From assembly GCA_963792535.1 (NCBI GenBank), contig CAWBWQ010000001.1:512001-576000 (forward strand): a stretch of DNA of 64,000 nucleotides, in the 5' to 3' direction. The translations under genes and the position numbers were made by a program. The notes below the pieces were generated by a model. That model was not told where the DNA came from, searched no databases, and worked only from the letters and a program-made list of their open reading frames with translations. The DNA comes from an uncultured Phycisphaerales bacterium. Lineage in GTDB: Bacteria > Planctomycetota > Phycisphaerae > Tepidisphaerales > Tepidisphaeraceae. Below, one piece after another: positions 11,138 to 21,735 of this stretch (positions are counted from its first letter, which is position 1; each line of letters starts with the position of its first letter).

Positions 11138-13359
11138 GCGGATGTGAACCCGAGGGCGTGATGATTGGCACAGTTGAGCCAGAGGCATTAAGCGGTCCGG
11201 GGTTGGACCGCCTGAATCGGCGGGACGGAAGTTTCATTGTCATTCTGGCGCTCTGCACGATCGCACTCTATTTCCGCACCGCCTTTTACAGCTTTGTAGC
11301 CTTCGATGATCAGTTGTATGTGTTCAGCAACACATACATGCAGCAGGGCCTTTCAACCGCTGCGCTGCGATGGGCGATGACAGCCACTCCAAACGGCAAC
11401 TGGCACCCGCTGACCACAGTTGCCCAGCTTTGCATATCGACGCTGTTTGGGCTCAATCCGGGTGCCTATCACCTTGTAAATGTCGCGTTGCAAGCGACCA
11501 ATGGCGTTCTTCTCTATCTGTTTCTTCGTCGAACAACGCGGCTCGCGTGGCCGGCGTTTTTCACGGCGCTTCTCTGGGAAATGCATCCGATGCGCGTGGA
11601 ATCCGTGGCATGGATCTCCGAATTAAAGGACGTGATGTGCGGCGTCTTCTGGCTTGGAGCGTTGCTGGCCTACCAGAATTATACCGTGCGCCGGACAGCA
11701 GGTCGCTATTCGATCGTCGTGCTGCTGTACATTTTGTCTATGCTGGGCAAGCCGATGTCGGTCACGCTTCCCGCGGCTTTGTTGCTGCTGGACTATTGGC
11801 CTCTTTCTCGCACTTCTGTCGGAAATTCCGGTACTCCGGCGCGTCGGTGGTGGTGCTGGCGCGTGCTCGAAAAATTGCCTCTGCTCGCACTCGCATTCCT
11901 TGATACTGCGATGCAAAAGCATCGGCTTACATTTAATTCGACGCTGTTACCCTTCAGTTTTCGATTACAAAATGGTCTCGTCGCGTACGCGTGTTATCTT
12001 CGTGATTATTTCTTCCCGCATCACCTGTCCATTTTCTACCCGCATCCGGACATGCTCCGACAAACCATCCCGCTCTGGCAATTGGTGGTGTCGATAACTG
12101 TTCTGGTTGTTATCTCGGGACTAGCGATTTTGCGGCGCGGGCAAACCCTTATTTTATCGTCGGATGGTGCTGGTTTTTGGGCACGCTCATGCCAGTCATA
12201 GGTCTCGTTCAGGTAGGGGAGCAGGCACGGGCGGACCGATTTACTTACATGCCTTCGATTGGACTTACGATCGCAATCGTCTGGCTCGTTTATCATCTGA
12301 GTTGCAACCGACGCGCTTATCGAATCACCGCTCTGGTGCTCGGTGGACTGATCGCCGCATGCCTGTGCGTTTGCTCCAGTTTGTATGTCACCCCGTGGCA
12401 GAACTCACAGACACTTTTTCATAGCCTATATCGCATGCAGCCGGACAATTATTTTGCCCTTAGCATGGAGGCAGCTAACGTTTTTAATAATGGAGACCAT
12501 GCCACTGCGCTGTCAATGGACGAGCGCCGCTTTGGCGATCGCGCCGAGAAGTTGCAATACACTTGAGTCCTACGGCGAGTTGCTTCTCGCTGCGGACCAA
12601 CCCGAGAAAGCCCGTGATCAGTTCGTAAAAGCGATCAAAATCAACGCCGATGCCGCGACCTATTGGGAAAGTCTGGGAAATGCGTGCGGCAGGATGGCCA
12701 CCGACCGCGCTATTCAGCATGATCCTGCGGAAAACAAATATCATCTGCTTGCAATCGGCGCTTACGAAAAGGCTATCCAGGTTGATCCAATCGATACTCA
12801 ATCCCGCGAACACCTGGCATTTCAATACGCGGTGATGAACCGAACCGACGAGGCAATCCAGCAGTGGGAAGAAGCGTTGACGCTGCTTCCAACAGACGCC
12901 GCCGCCCACGGCGCTCTGGCGGATGCACTGCGCGTTCAAGGCGATCTTGTGGGAGCGGTACAGCACTATCATGCTGCCATCAATAACGGTGCGAAAAATC
13001 CCGACTGGGAAACCGAACTTGCCTGGCTTACCGCCACCCGGCCACAGGCTACGGTTGCGGACATTCAACCGATGGTTGCCCTCGCGAAAGACGCCTGCGA
13101 GCAGACTAAGTATCAGCAAGCCGCCCCGTTGGATGCTTACGCTGCCTGCCTGGCACGCATCGGCGAATGGGATGAAGCTACCACCATCGCCCAGCAAGCC
13201 GTTGCCCAGGCCAACGCCGCGCATCTACCTCAAGTCGCTCAGGGTATCCAAAAACGCCTGGCGAGATACCAGAAATGCACACCGTTTGTAGCCGGTGACG
13301 ATGCTCCGGCAACAACTGAGGCCGCCACTCAACCGACTCCCCCTGTGAGTGATAAATAG
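11134..13359 (+). CDS. GT-C fold membrane glycosyltransferase with TPRs (TMTC-like), frameshifts at ~12145 and ~12520
   Basis: FVAFDDQLYV, NWHPLT, YHLVNV, HPMRVESVAWISELKD, ADRFTYMPSIG, WQNSQTLF; many TM helices, then TPR repeats. Confidence 0.85.
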
Positions 13360-13606
13360 CGGCTCGTATCCAAACGCAGTTGCGTCTTGCCTGTTGCACG
13401 GTCGCAGGCTCGGTTAAATCACCCGCAAGCTCGATTTTGTTCCAGGCGAACAAACACCAAAGATTTTCCGTTTGTACGGCACCGGACATACGCGATAATA
13501 CCCTCGGCGACTTTACTTAAGGTGAATCGCTGGTCGGAGGTCGGTCAGCCTTCAGCGTCCACGTCGAATTCTGCATTGGGACCCGGATCGTCCGCGCGAG
13601 GCAATC

Positions 13607-14743
13607 ATGGCACGGCAACTGGATATTCTTGCGCTCGAACCGTACTTCGGGGGTGTTCGGCGTAACATGCTCGAAACACTGGTGCGGTGCAGCCGCCATC
13701 GTTGGACACTGCTGACCTTGCCACCCCGACGCATGGAACGCCGCCTTGCCGCCTCAGCCCACTGGTTTGCCGAGCAGTTGGCCCGTAGAGCGGCGGGGCC
13801 CATCGACGTTTTATTCACCTGTGACGCTCTGAACCTCGCGGACCTGAACCGCCTTTGCCCGACGATACGCGATATCCCATCAGTCGTTTATTTCCATAAT
13901 AATCAACTTCCCGACCTCACCCAGGCGGTCAATCAACAACCGATGGACCTCACCAACCTGACCAGCTCGACCGCTGCAACGGAGATCTGGTTTAACTCCA
14001 AGAACCATGCCGCCACATTTCTTGAGGGAATCAAGGGGCTCATCTCTCTTCATCGCGAGTTGCAAAGCCCGAATCCTCTGGACAGTCTGATCGCCAAGAT
14101 GCACCTGGTTCCCCCTCCCGTGGACACCGGATTTTTCTATGAAACGCTGGATACTTCAACACTGCAGCGTGACCCCAATTCTATTTTCGTGGAGACACGC
14201 GACGCACATATGGGGCTGTTAAACAGCGCCTTGGAAATTCTCAGTGTCAGGAAACGCGCGCTCCAGCTGCTCGTCAGCGGGCCGGTAAAGCAGTTGACGT
14301 CCTGCATGCCTCGGCAGGTCATCTCTGAAAGCAATACGTCCGCCCAGTTACGCGCATTGCTCTCCGCCGGCGCTTTTGTCAGCACAAAACTTACGACCCC
14401 CTTCGACGAAAACGCGGTACGCGCCCTGTCGCTTGGCTGTCGCCCCGTTCTTCCACGCACGGGCGTCTATCCGGATCTCCTTCCCATCGCGCTTCACTCT
14501 GAATGCCTCTACGATCTGACCGCCGAATCGCTGGCATCCAACATCCACGACGCGACGTATCTACCGTCAATGTATCGACAGGAACAACTGACCACGCGGC
14601 TTGCTCCATTTGACGGACTCCGTGCGTGCGCGGTTATCGATGATCGGTTGGATACACTGTCCGCAAACCATCTGAATGCTTCGTTCACCCAAGCAGGCCA
14701 CAGTTTGCGCGAAGCAAGACGTCGCGCGATCCCCAACGCGTAA
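13607..14743 (+). CDS. DUF3524 / GTDC1-like GT-B glycosyltransferase homologue
   Basis: ILALEPYFGG, WTLLTLPPRR, VVYFHNNQL, IWFNSKNH, LGCRPVLP..GVYPDL. Confidence 0.75.
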   Translation: MARQLDILALEPYFGGVRRNMLETLVRCSRHRWTLLTLPPRRMERRLAASAHWFAEQLARRAAGPIDVLFTCDALNLADLNRLCPTIRDIPSVVYFHNNQLPDLTQAVNQQPMDLTNLTSSTAATEIWFNSKNHAATFLEGIKGLISLHRELQSPNPLDSLIAKMHLVPPPVDTGFFYETLDTSTLQRDPNSIFVETRDAHMGLLNSALEILSVRKRALQLLVSGPVKQLTSCMPRQVISESNTSAQLRALLSAGAFVSTKLTTPFDENAVRALSLGCRPVLPRTGVYPDLLPIALHSECLYDLTAESLASNIHDATYLPSMYRQEQLTTRLAPFDGLRACAVIDDRLDTLSANHLNASFTQAGHSLREARRRAIPNA

Positions 14744-14826
14744 GACTTGCCATTACAAGCGGCATTTGATTTTGCCAAAGCGGCAGTGGTCTTAAATAAG
14801 ACGGGTGAAAATGCTATATTGCCTGT

Positions 14827-15900
14827 ATGAACGTCTCAGAGCACAAACTTCTCAGGCTCGCCGCTGCGGTCTTGCTCGGCGCGGGATCGTTCTCCTGTGA
14901 TTCGGCCAGACCCGCCGCGGATTCTAAAACTAAATTCGCTCCCGAGGTCGTCACAGGCAAGACAGGCCTGCCCACCGAAGGGATGCCCGATGTGCCGAAA
15001 GACGCACAGTTCACCATTTTCTGCCGCACCTACCAGGGTGATTCGCACGTTCAGGTATCCCGGCAGGTTCAACAAGCGCTTTTCGATTCGACAAGCATGA
15101 AGAAGTGGTACGTCGTCCACGCTTCAGATCACAGCACACTGTATTATGGTTTCTACCGCGGCATCGATCCGCGCGATCCTGCCGATGGCGCTGAAGGGCA
15201 GCGAGCGATTGATGATCTGAACGCAATCCGGGCGATGACCGATTCGCAGGGGAATCGCCTTTTTTCAGAGGCTTTGCCGTTCGGCATTGATGCCCCCGAT
15301 CCCCAGGCCAATCCAGCCTGGGATATCACGCGTGTCAAAGGAATGTGGTCGATCGAAGTTGCCAGTTTCACACTTGCGACGCGCAAGCAGGATGCAGTTG
15401 ATACTGTTCGCGAGATGCGCAGCCATGGCATCGAAGCATACTATTACCACGGTGCAACGATCAGCTCGGTTTGCATCGGCTGCTGGCCCGCAGAGGCTGC
15501 AATTCGTGTTTCATCAGAACAACAAAATACCGACTCCAATCAGCCGCTGGTTGTGACGCCTCAGCCTCTTGCTCCTTCAATCAGCGTGCCCCTGGCGAAA
15601 GAGGGAATCAAGTCAATTTCCGACCATGTCGACATTCAGGATCCGACCCTGACCCAGGCGATGATGAAGTGGAAAGAACATGCGACCAACTCGCAGACCA
15701 AAGTCACCATCGATCCGGTGACTCAGCAGCAGGTTGTGGCAGAGAAATCGTTCCTGTTTGAGATCCCCCACAAGGATCCGCTTGATACGATAGCCGGTAC
15801 CACAGCCGATGATCCTGGTACGCCCGCTGAGGTTCAAGCGCCGCTTCCGGGTAAGACTGAAGATCCCAACCTGGGTCATCTTCGATCATTAGGCGACTGA
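14827..15900 (+). CDS. Putative lipoprotein with SPOR-like alpha/beta repeats
   Basis: Lipobox-like LLGAGSFSC; repeated WYVVHASDHSTLYYGFY and AYYYHGATISSVCIGCW segments. Confidence 0.6.
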   Translation: MNVSEHKLLRLAAAVLLGAGSFSCDSARPAADSKTKFAPEVVTGKTGLPTEGMPDVPKDAQFTIFCRTYQGDSHVQVSRQVQQALFDSTSMKKWYVVHASDHSTLYYGFYRGIDPRDPADGAEGQRAIDDLNAIRAMTDSQGNRLFSEALPFGIDAPDPQANPAWDITRVKGMWSIEVASFTLATRKQDAVDTVREMRSHGIEAYYYHGATISSVCIGCWPAEAAIRVSSEQQNTDSNQPLVVTPQPLAPSISVPLAKEGIKSISDHVDIQDPTLTQAMMKWKEHATNSQTKVTIDPVTQQQVVAEKSFLFEIPHKDPLDTIAGTTADDPGTPAEVQAPLPGKTEDPNLGHLRSLGD

Positions 15901-15926
15901 AATTCTGCCGTTTCTTTTATTCACAA

Positions 15927-16548
15927 ATGAAATTTCTTATCGCCACCACCAACCCTGGTAAAGTTAAAGAATTCCGCGAGATGATCGGGTCTGACTATTT
16001 TGAATGGATCGGTCTGACTGATCTGCCCGCCTTTCCCGCGATCGAAGAAACCGGGCATACGTTCCGGGCCAACGCGATTTTAAAAGCCGCCGGATACGCA
16101 AAAGCGAGCGGTCACTGGACGATGGCTGATGACAGCGGGCTGGAGGTTGACGCCCTGGGACAAACACCCGGAATTCATACGCGCCCGATGGGCCCAGATG
16201 CACGACGCGGGTTCGGGTGACGCCGCAAACAACAGCCTGCTTCTCGACCAGATGAAAAATGTCTCCGCAGGCAACCGCTCGGCAAGATTTGTGTGCGTCC
16301 TCGCGGTTGCCGATCCCAGCGGTCGGATTCTTCTCACCACGCGAGCGACGATGGAAGGAGAAATCCTTTTTGCCCCTGTCGGCAGCAATGGGTTTGGATA
16401 TGATCCTCTGTTTCAGGTACAGGGTTTAAACCGGACCAGCGCGGAGTTATTACCTGAACAAAAACATCGCATCAGTCATCGTGGCAAAGCCCTGGAGCGC
16501 ATGAAACAGTTGATGAAGCGCGTGGAGTTTTTGACACAGACAGTATGA
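15927..16548 (+). CDS. rdgB: Non-canonical purine NTP pyrophosphatase (RdgB/HAM1), frameshift at ~16185
   Basis: IATTNPGKVKE, EETGHTFRANA..KA, ADDSGLEVDAL, GFGYDPLF, ISHRGKAL. Confidence 0.95.
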
Positions 16549-16608
16549 TCGAGACGGAAGTATGCTCTGCTGGCACGAACGTGCTATGATGTTCGCTTCT
16601 GTTCAAGG

Positions 16609-17031
16609 ATGGGTATGAGTCGGATCTTAATTGCTGTCAGTAGTCCCTGGGCCGCTCAGAAAGTGGTCGAACCGCTGGTGGATCTCGCCAGGCGAATCTC
16701 CGCCGAGGTTCTGGTGGTGCATGTTTCCCGTCCCAGCGGAGGGCAGATGCGCGAGCAGGAGCAGGCTGATGGGGAGGCCGCAATCACCTTACTTCGGGAG
16801 AAGCTTCAGGAAAAGGGTATCACCGTTCAGACCTTGCTGATGTTCAGTGATGACATCGCCCGGGCGGTATTGAATACCGCCACTGAGCGTGAGGTTACAC
16901 TCATCGTTCTAGGGTTAACCGGAAAGAACGTCTTTGCACGCCTTCTGGCCGGTAACGTACCGGTCGAACTGATCAAAAACACCAAGGTGCCAGTTCTGCT
17001 ATTGCCACCCGATTTTGCCGGCTCGATCTGA
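16609..17031 (+). CDS. Universal stress protein
   Basis: RILIAVS, VLVVHV, LIVLG, LLAGNVPVELIKNTKVPVLLLP. Confidence 0.88.
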   Translation: MGMSRILIAVSSPWAAQKVVEPLVDLARRISAEVLVVHVSRPSGGQMREQEQADGEAAITLLREKLQEKGITVQTLLMFSDDIARAVLNTATEREVTLIVLGLTGKNVFARLLAGNVPVELIKNTKVPVLLLPPDFAGSI

Positions 17032-17266
17032 GTTACGGCGGCATGCCTTGTCATATCAATGTTAGGTATGGATTTGCTGGTCGGCCTATCCTGAAAATCG
17101 CGGCGGCGAACCCCCGAAAATGCCCTCGCAATAATACTGGCTATTTCCCGTTAGATTTTATGTCAACGCACAACGCGTTCGGCTGGTAAATCAAAATACC
17201 GATGGGTGAAACTCGTGTGAGTTTGGCCCACCGTATTCAAGACTTGGAAACGAAATAGGAGATCTT

Positions 17267-17698
17267 ATGTTGCGGTGGACGAAACTGATTGCCCCAATGG
17301 CGGCCCTTACACTTCTGATCGGATTTCATCAGGCAACGCTGCGGGCTGATGATACCGCTCCAGCAGGAAAGGCGACCGTCACCGTTACCGTCGTCGATTC
17401 AGCCGGTAAAGCAGTGGCCGGCGCAACCGTTGGTATCATGCCCGGTAAGGCCAAAAAGCATCACAAGGCCGCTGCGGACAACGCAACGACCGAACAAGCT
17501 GCAGCAGGAAAGCCCAAGCCGTTCGTCACCGGCGTGACCGGAGCAGACGGCACCGTCGCTCTGGCAAATGTTCCAGACGGAACTTTCACCGTCCGGGCTC
17601 ACCTCAAGGGCACGGGAACCGGTACCGAAATGGTTACCGTCGCGGACGACAAAGACCAGACAGTCACCGTGACCCTCAAAGCCAAGGGCAACAAGTAA
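17267..17698 (+). CDS. Secreted carboxypeptidase-regulatory-like domain protein
   Basis: Signal peptide; VTVVDSAGKAVAGATV, TGADGTVALANVPDGTFTVRA; AGGAG RBS. Confidence 0.75.
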   Translation: MLRWTKLIAPMAALTLLIGFHQATLRADDTAPAGKATVTVTVVDSAGKAVAGATVGIMPGKAKKHHKAAADNATTEQAAAGKPKPFVTGVTGADGTVALANVPDGTFTVRAHLKGTGTGTEMVTVADDKDQTVTVTLKAKGNK

Positions 17699-17726
17699 GC
17701 TTTAGCTGAAAATTTCCGGTGGAATT

Positions 17727-17756
17727 AAAAGCCGTCTCGAAAGAGACGGTTTTTTT
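17727..17756. terminator. Bidirectional intrinsic terminator
   Basis: AAAA-GCCGTCTC-GAAA-GAGACGGT-TTTTTT between convergent genes. Confidence 0.85.
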
Positions 17757-17779
17757 ATGCGCTGTGGATGCGCGAAGAC

Positions 17780-18419
17780 TTATTCTTCCCCCAACGCATC
17801 GCGTACATATGAATTATTCAGTCGTTCTTCGCGCAAAAGGCCCGGATGACCGTGACCGGGTAATAGGTGTGTATCACCGGGCAATTTCATCACCCGCCTG
17901 AGCGATTCCTGCAGGTCCGGAAAACTGCAATCTGCAAAATCAGTTCGGCCTACTGCTCCCATTAAAATCAGGTCGCCACCGATGAGCACCTTCGCCGCAG
18001 GGATATAAAAACCAACGTGCCCGGGCGAATGTCCCGGCGTGTGGATCACATGAACTTCTGTCTGGCCGATCGTTAATATCTGTCCGTCGCTTAGATACCC
18101 GTCTGCATTTCGCGACGCCGTCTTGAACGGCAGGGGATACATGCTGTTGGGATGCTGGAGCTTTTTCTCATCCAGGCGATGCACCAATACCTGCGCCAGG
18201 AAACTTTTCCGTCACCACCGCATGATCGGCAATGTGATCGATATGCCCATGGGTGAGCCATAGCCCAATCACGTTCGCGCCTTGCTCGACCGCCGTTTGA
18301 AGCAGTGGGGCGGTGGTGTCGTTAGGGGCGTCAAAAATAACTGCCTGCCTGGATTCGTCGTCAATAAAAAGATACGAATTGGTAGCGAAAACCCCGCCTG
18401 TATTGCTGAAAATTTTCAT
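17780..18419 (-). CDS. MBL-fold metallo-hydrolase (glyoxalase II-like), frameshift at ~18190
   Basis: LTHGHIDHI, HTPGHSPGH, GGDLIL.GAVGRTD, LPGHG. Confidence 0.9.
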
Positions 18420-18422
18420 GGT

Positions 18423-19434
18423 TCAAGTCCGCATGCATTCCCGAAGCCGATCCAAAACAGCCATGTTGCCCAGCGTGTCTTCTGCCGTTATCCACGGCGG
18501 ATTTCCGTCCAGTACGCAGCCGGCGAACGCATCGGCTTCGATCCCATACAGCTGGCCATCCACATGAAGACGCACTGTTTCGCGGGGGGGAACGCCTGTT
18601 GATTTTGCCGGCCCATCCATTTTAGGTGGCGTTCCGCGCGATGATAAACGTGCATTCCGGCGCCGGTGGTTTCCATGGAACGGGAATCTCGATGTATCCC
18701 TCGGTCCCGCAAATCGTCGCGGTGTTGTCCGCGTGCGCCGACATACCACACGCAAAAGTGGCCAATATTCCGTTAGAAAACCCGAGCGTGGCCGTTGTAA
18801 GCTCGTCAACACCGCTGGGATGAAAATGCGCCTGACCGTGCACTTTGACCGGCTCACAACCGGCAAACAGCCGTGAGAAGTTGATGCAATAGCAGCCGAC
18901 ATCCATCAAAGCGCCGCCCGCGAGCTTCGGATCGAATCGAACATTGCCGGCGATCTTGGTCGTGCGATAACAAAAGCTGGTGCGAATCAGTTTCACCTCT
19001 CCGATCACACCCCGATTGACCGTGTCCTGCACCGCTTTAATAAGCGGATGGCTGCGATACATAAACGCTTCAACCACCACCCGACGACACTGCCGGGCCA
19101 CATCAAACATCTCGCGTGCCTCAGCGCTGTCCACGGCAAATGGCTTTTCACACAGCACATGCTTGCCGGCTTTTAAAGCGGCAATGGTCCATCGATGGTG
19201 CAGCGTATTTGGCAGTGAATTATAAACCGCATCCACATTCGGATCGGCCAACAGTTCCTCATAATTCGCATGAGCCGTGGTAATCTGATGCGCGCTGGCG
19301 AATGCGCGTGCCGATTCTTTCGATCGTGATCCAACCGCCTGCAGCACGCTTCGCTTTGAATCAGCGACGCCGATTGAAAACTGTCGGGCAATGTTGCCCG
19401 TGCCTAAAATTCCCCATCGAAGTCCTTGCGACAT
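18423..19434 (-). CDS. Gfo/Idh/MocA family oxidoreductase, frameshift at ~18635
   Basis: LRWGILGTGNIA, GKHVLCEKP, EAFMYRSHP, GGALMDVGCY. Confidence 0.92.
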
Positions 19435-19576
19435 AACTATACTTTCTGCTGATTCAGGACATGTGCGCCGTCGGCATAACGCTGCCATCCTGCGGTTGTG
19501 TCGATATCAAGACAATATCTGGTTTCGGCTTTTACTTCCCATCATGTTATCTTTGCCGACGACACGAAAGGAAACG

Positions 19577-20773
19577 ATGTTAGACACCCAACAGATCATA
19601 GAGCGGGGAAAATCAGTTTTAATTGGAAACTACGCGCGCCTGCCTGTGGTTATGACGCGCGGTGAGGGCACGCGGGTCTGGGACAGCGACGGTAAAGAAT
19701 ACCTCGATCTGTTTGCCGGCTTTGGCGCGGGGATCCTGGGACATTGTCATCCCGCGCTCGTCGCAGCGGTTACCGAACAGGCCAAACAGCTCTGGCATGT
19801 GGGAAACACGTTCTACACTACCCCGCAAATTGGTCTGGCGGAATGGTTGAACAAAACTGCGTTTACCGGTCAGGCTTTTTTCTGCCATAGCGGGCTCGAA
19901 GCCAACGAGGCCGCCGTCAAGTTGGCGCGCTTGCGCGGCCAGAACGCATCGCCAAAGCGATGGAGGACCGTCTCGATGAACCGCTCGTTTCACGGTCGGT
20001 CGATGGCCATGATCGCCGCCACTGGAAATCCCGCGGTGAAAGCGGGATTCGAGCCTCTTGTCCCGGGCTTTAACCATGTCGACCTCGGCGACCTTGAAGG
20101 CCTTTCCGCCACGATCGACGATCAAACCGCAGCCGTAATCGTCGAACCAATCCAGGGAGAAGGCGGGATGCATCCGGTCCCGACCGATTACGCGATCCAG
20201 CTTCGAAAACTCTGCACGGCCCGGGATGTCACCCTTATTTATGATGAAGTCTGGACCGGTGGTGCGCGCACCGGAAAATGGTTTGGCTATCAGCATTTCG
20301 GTCCCGAGGCGATGCCCGACATCATCACCCTGGGCAAAGCGGTGGGTGGGGGACTGCCGGTTGGTGTAATGTTTGCCCGCCCTGAAATTGCGGCGTTGCT
20401 GGTGCCCGGCAAACACGGCTGCACCCTGGGAGGCAACCCGATCTGCATGGCGGCATCGCGCACGGTTTTCGAAACGATCGATCGTGAGAAGCTGACCGAT
20501 CATGCCGCCGCCCTCGGTGAGTACGGCATTGCGAGATTGAAGAGTGAAAAGAAAATTGCCGGCAAACTTGCAGCCGTACGCGGTCGCGGTTTGATGCTTG
20601 GCATCGAGCTGAAACAACCGCCCGAAAGACTCGTCGAAGCCGGGCTTGCCAAGAGTGTCGTGATCAATCTGACCAGCAAAAACGTCATTCGGCTCGCGCC
20701 CCCGGTAAATATTTCACGCGAGGACTGGGATCTGGGACTCGACCGGGTGATTGATGTCATTGGTGGACTATGA
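19577..20773 (+). CDS. argD: Acetylornithine aminotransferase (class III PLP)
   Basis: GKEYLDLFAG, GLEANEAAVKLAR, SFHGRS, VEPIQGEGG, DEVWTG, PDIITLGKAVGGG, HGCTLGGNP. Confidence 0.9.
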   Translation: MLDTQQIIERGKSVLIGNYARLPVVMTRGEGTRVWDSDGKEYLDLFAGFGAGILGHCHPALVAAVTEQAKQLWHVGNTFYTTPQIGLAEWLNKTAFTGQAFFCHSGLEANEAAVKLARLRGQNASPKRWRTVSMNRSFHGRSMAMIAATGNPAVKAGFEPLVPGFNHVDLGDLEGLSATIDDQTAAVIVEPIQGEGGMHPVPTDYAIQLRKLCTARDVTLIYDEVWTGGARTGKWFGYQHFGPEAMPDIITLGKAVGGGLPVGVMFARPEIAALLVPGKHGCTLGGNPICMAASRTVFETIDREKLTDHAAALGEYGIARLKSEKKIAGKLAAVRGRGLMLGIELKQPPERLVEAGLAKSVVINLTSKNVIRLAPPVNISREDWDLGLDRVIDVIGGL

Positions 20774-21735
20774 ATCGAGCCTCTCATTTTCTGCGCGGCA
20801 TGCTCGACGGGACAGGTTGCAAACGTCGATCACGATATGCAACCCGGTCTATCGGGCCAGCCGCTGGAAAAATGTCTGGCTGGATTGCACTTGCCGCGAT
20901 TTTTCTCGCCGGTTGCAAAGCAACCGAGGTAAAAAAGCCCGCGCCACCTCCGGCCACAGGGCCATCTTCGTTGACACTCACTATTCAGCCGCTGAATGAA
21001 CAGGACCCGCGCGATCCCCAGCAGACACCCAGCGCGATGGTTCATCTGGTCATTTTCATGCTGGACATGCCACCTGGAAGCGTGTCGAACAACTCCGACT
21101 TCTGGAAGCGCGTTGATGAAACGGCCGTCGGCACTGCGAATTCCGATCGATTGATTCGCAATGGCGTCCGGTGCGGAATTGTCTCGCAAAGTGAGGGGCT
21201 TTTCTTCAGCCAGTTTTTCGACCATCTGCCGCACAAGCTTTCCACGTCGCATGTGGATGGACTTCATGCCGAAACCTTCCCGCTGCAGATGGAAAAGCAG
21301 TTCGATCGGCAAGACCTGTTTTTTTTTAATGCCTCGAATCAGCTCGAAGGTCGATCGTACGACAGGGGGACCGATCAACTCATGCTTTCTTTCGGCCCGG
21401 CGCCGCGCGATCCAGGGGCAGTTAAGGTGACTTTGTGCCCGGTGGTGCACAGTCAGAAAGTGCGCATGGGCTTTACCGCGATGAATGATGAATTCGAGTC
21501 CCCGGTGCAGGATGTGGACAGCCTTTACGACCTGGGTCTGACGGCCGACGTGCCGGAAAATTACTTCATGATTATCGCGCCCAGCGGCGATGCCGACCGA
21601 CGCACCAGCGTGGGGGCCTGTTTTCTAACCCGCGCGGACAAAACCGAACGCAAAGAGCAGGTGATCGTGATCGTTCCCACCCTGCTGCGCCTGGACGGCA
21701 AACCAATGCTCGTTAGGGGTCCGCTGCTGAAATAG
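20770..21735 (+). CDS. Hypothetical lipoprotein
   Basis: Lipobox IFLAGC; ATGA overlap with argD (the start could instead be at MSGW). Confidence 0.65.
   Translation: MNRASHFLRGMLDGTGCKRRSRYATRSIGPAAGKMSGWIALAAIFLAGCKATEVKKPAPPPATGPSSLTLTIQPLNEQDPRDPQQTPSAMVHLVIFMLDMPPGSVSNNSDFWKRVDETAVGTANSDRLIRNGVRCGIVSQSEGLFFSQFFDHLPHKLSTSHVDGLHAETFPLQMEKQFDRQDLFFFNASNQLEGRSYDRGTDQLMLSFGPAPRDPGAVKVTLCPVVHSQKVRMGFTAMNDEFESPVQDVDSLYDLGLTADVPENYFMIIAPSGDADRRTSVGACFLTRADKTERKEQVIVIVPTLLRLDGKPMLVRGPLLK

Noticed and set aside
16571..16586. Sigma-54 promoter before the usp gene (TGGCACGAACGTGCTA)
   Set aside because: GG-to-GC spacing is 9, not 10; it may be a palindromic operator or an indel, which cannot be resolved here
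19619..20617. Long antisense ORFs (also 22731-23636, 35024-35974, 12484-13224)
   Set aside because: Shadows of well-supported genes on the opposite strand in GC-rich DNA, with no protein motifs
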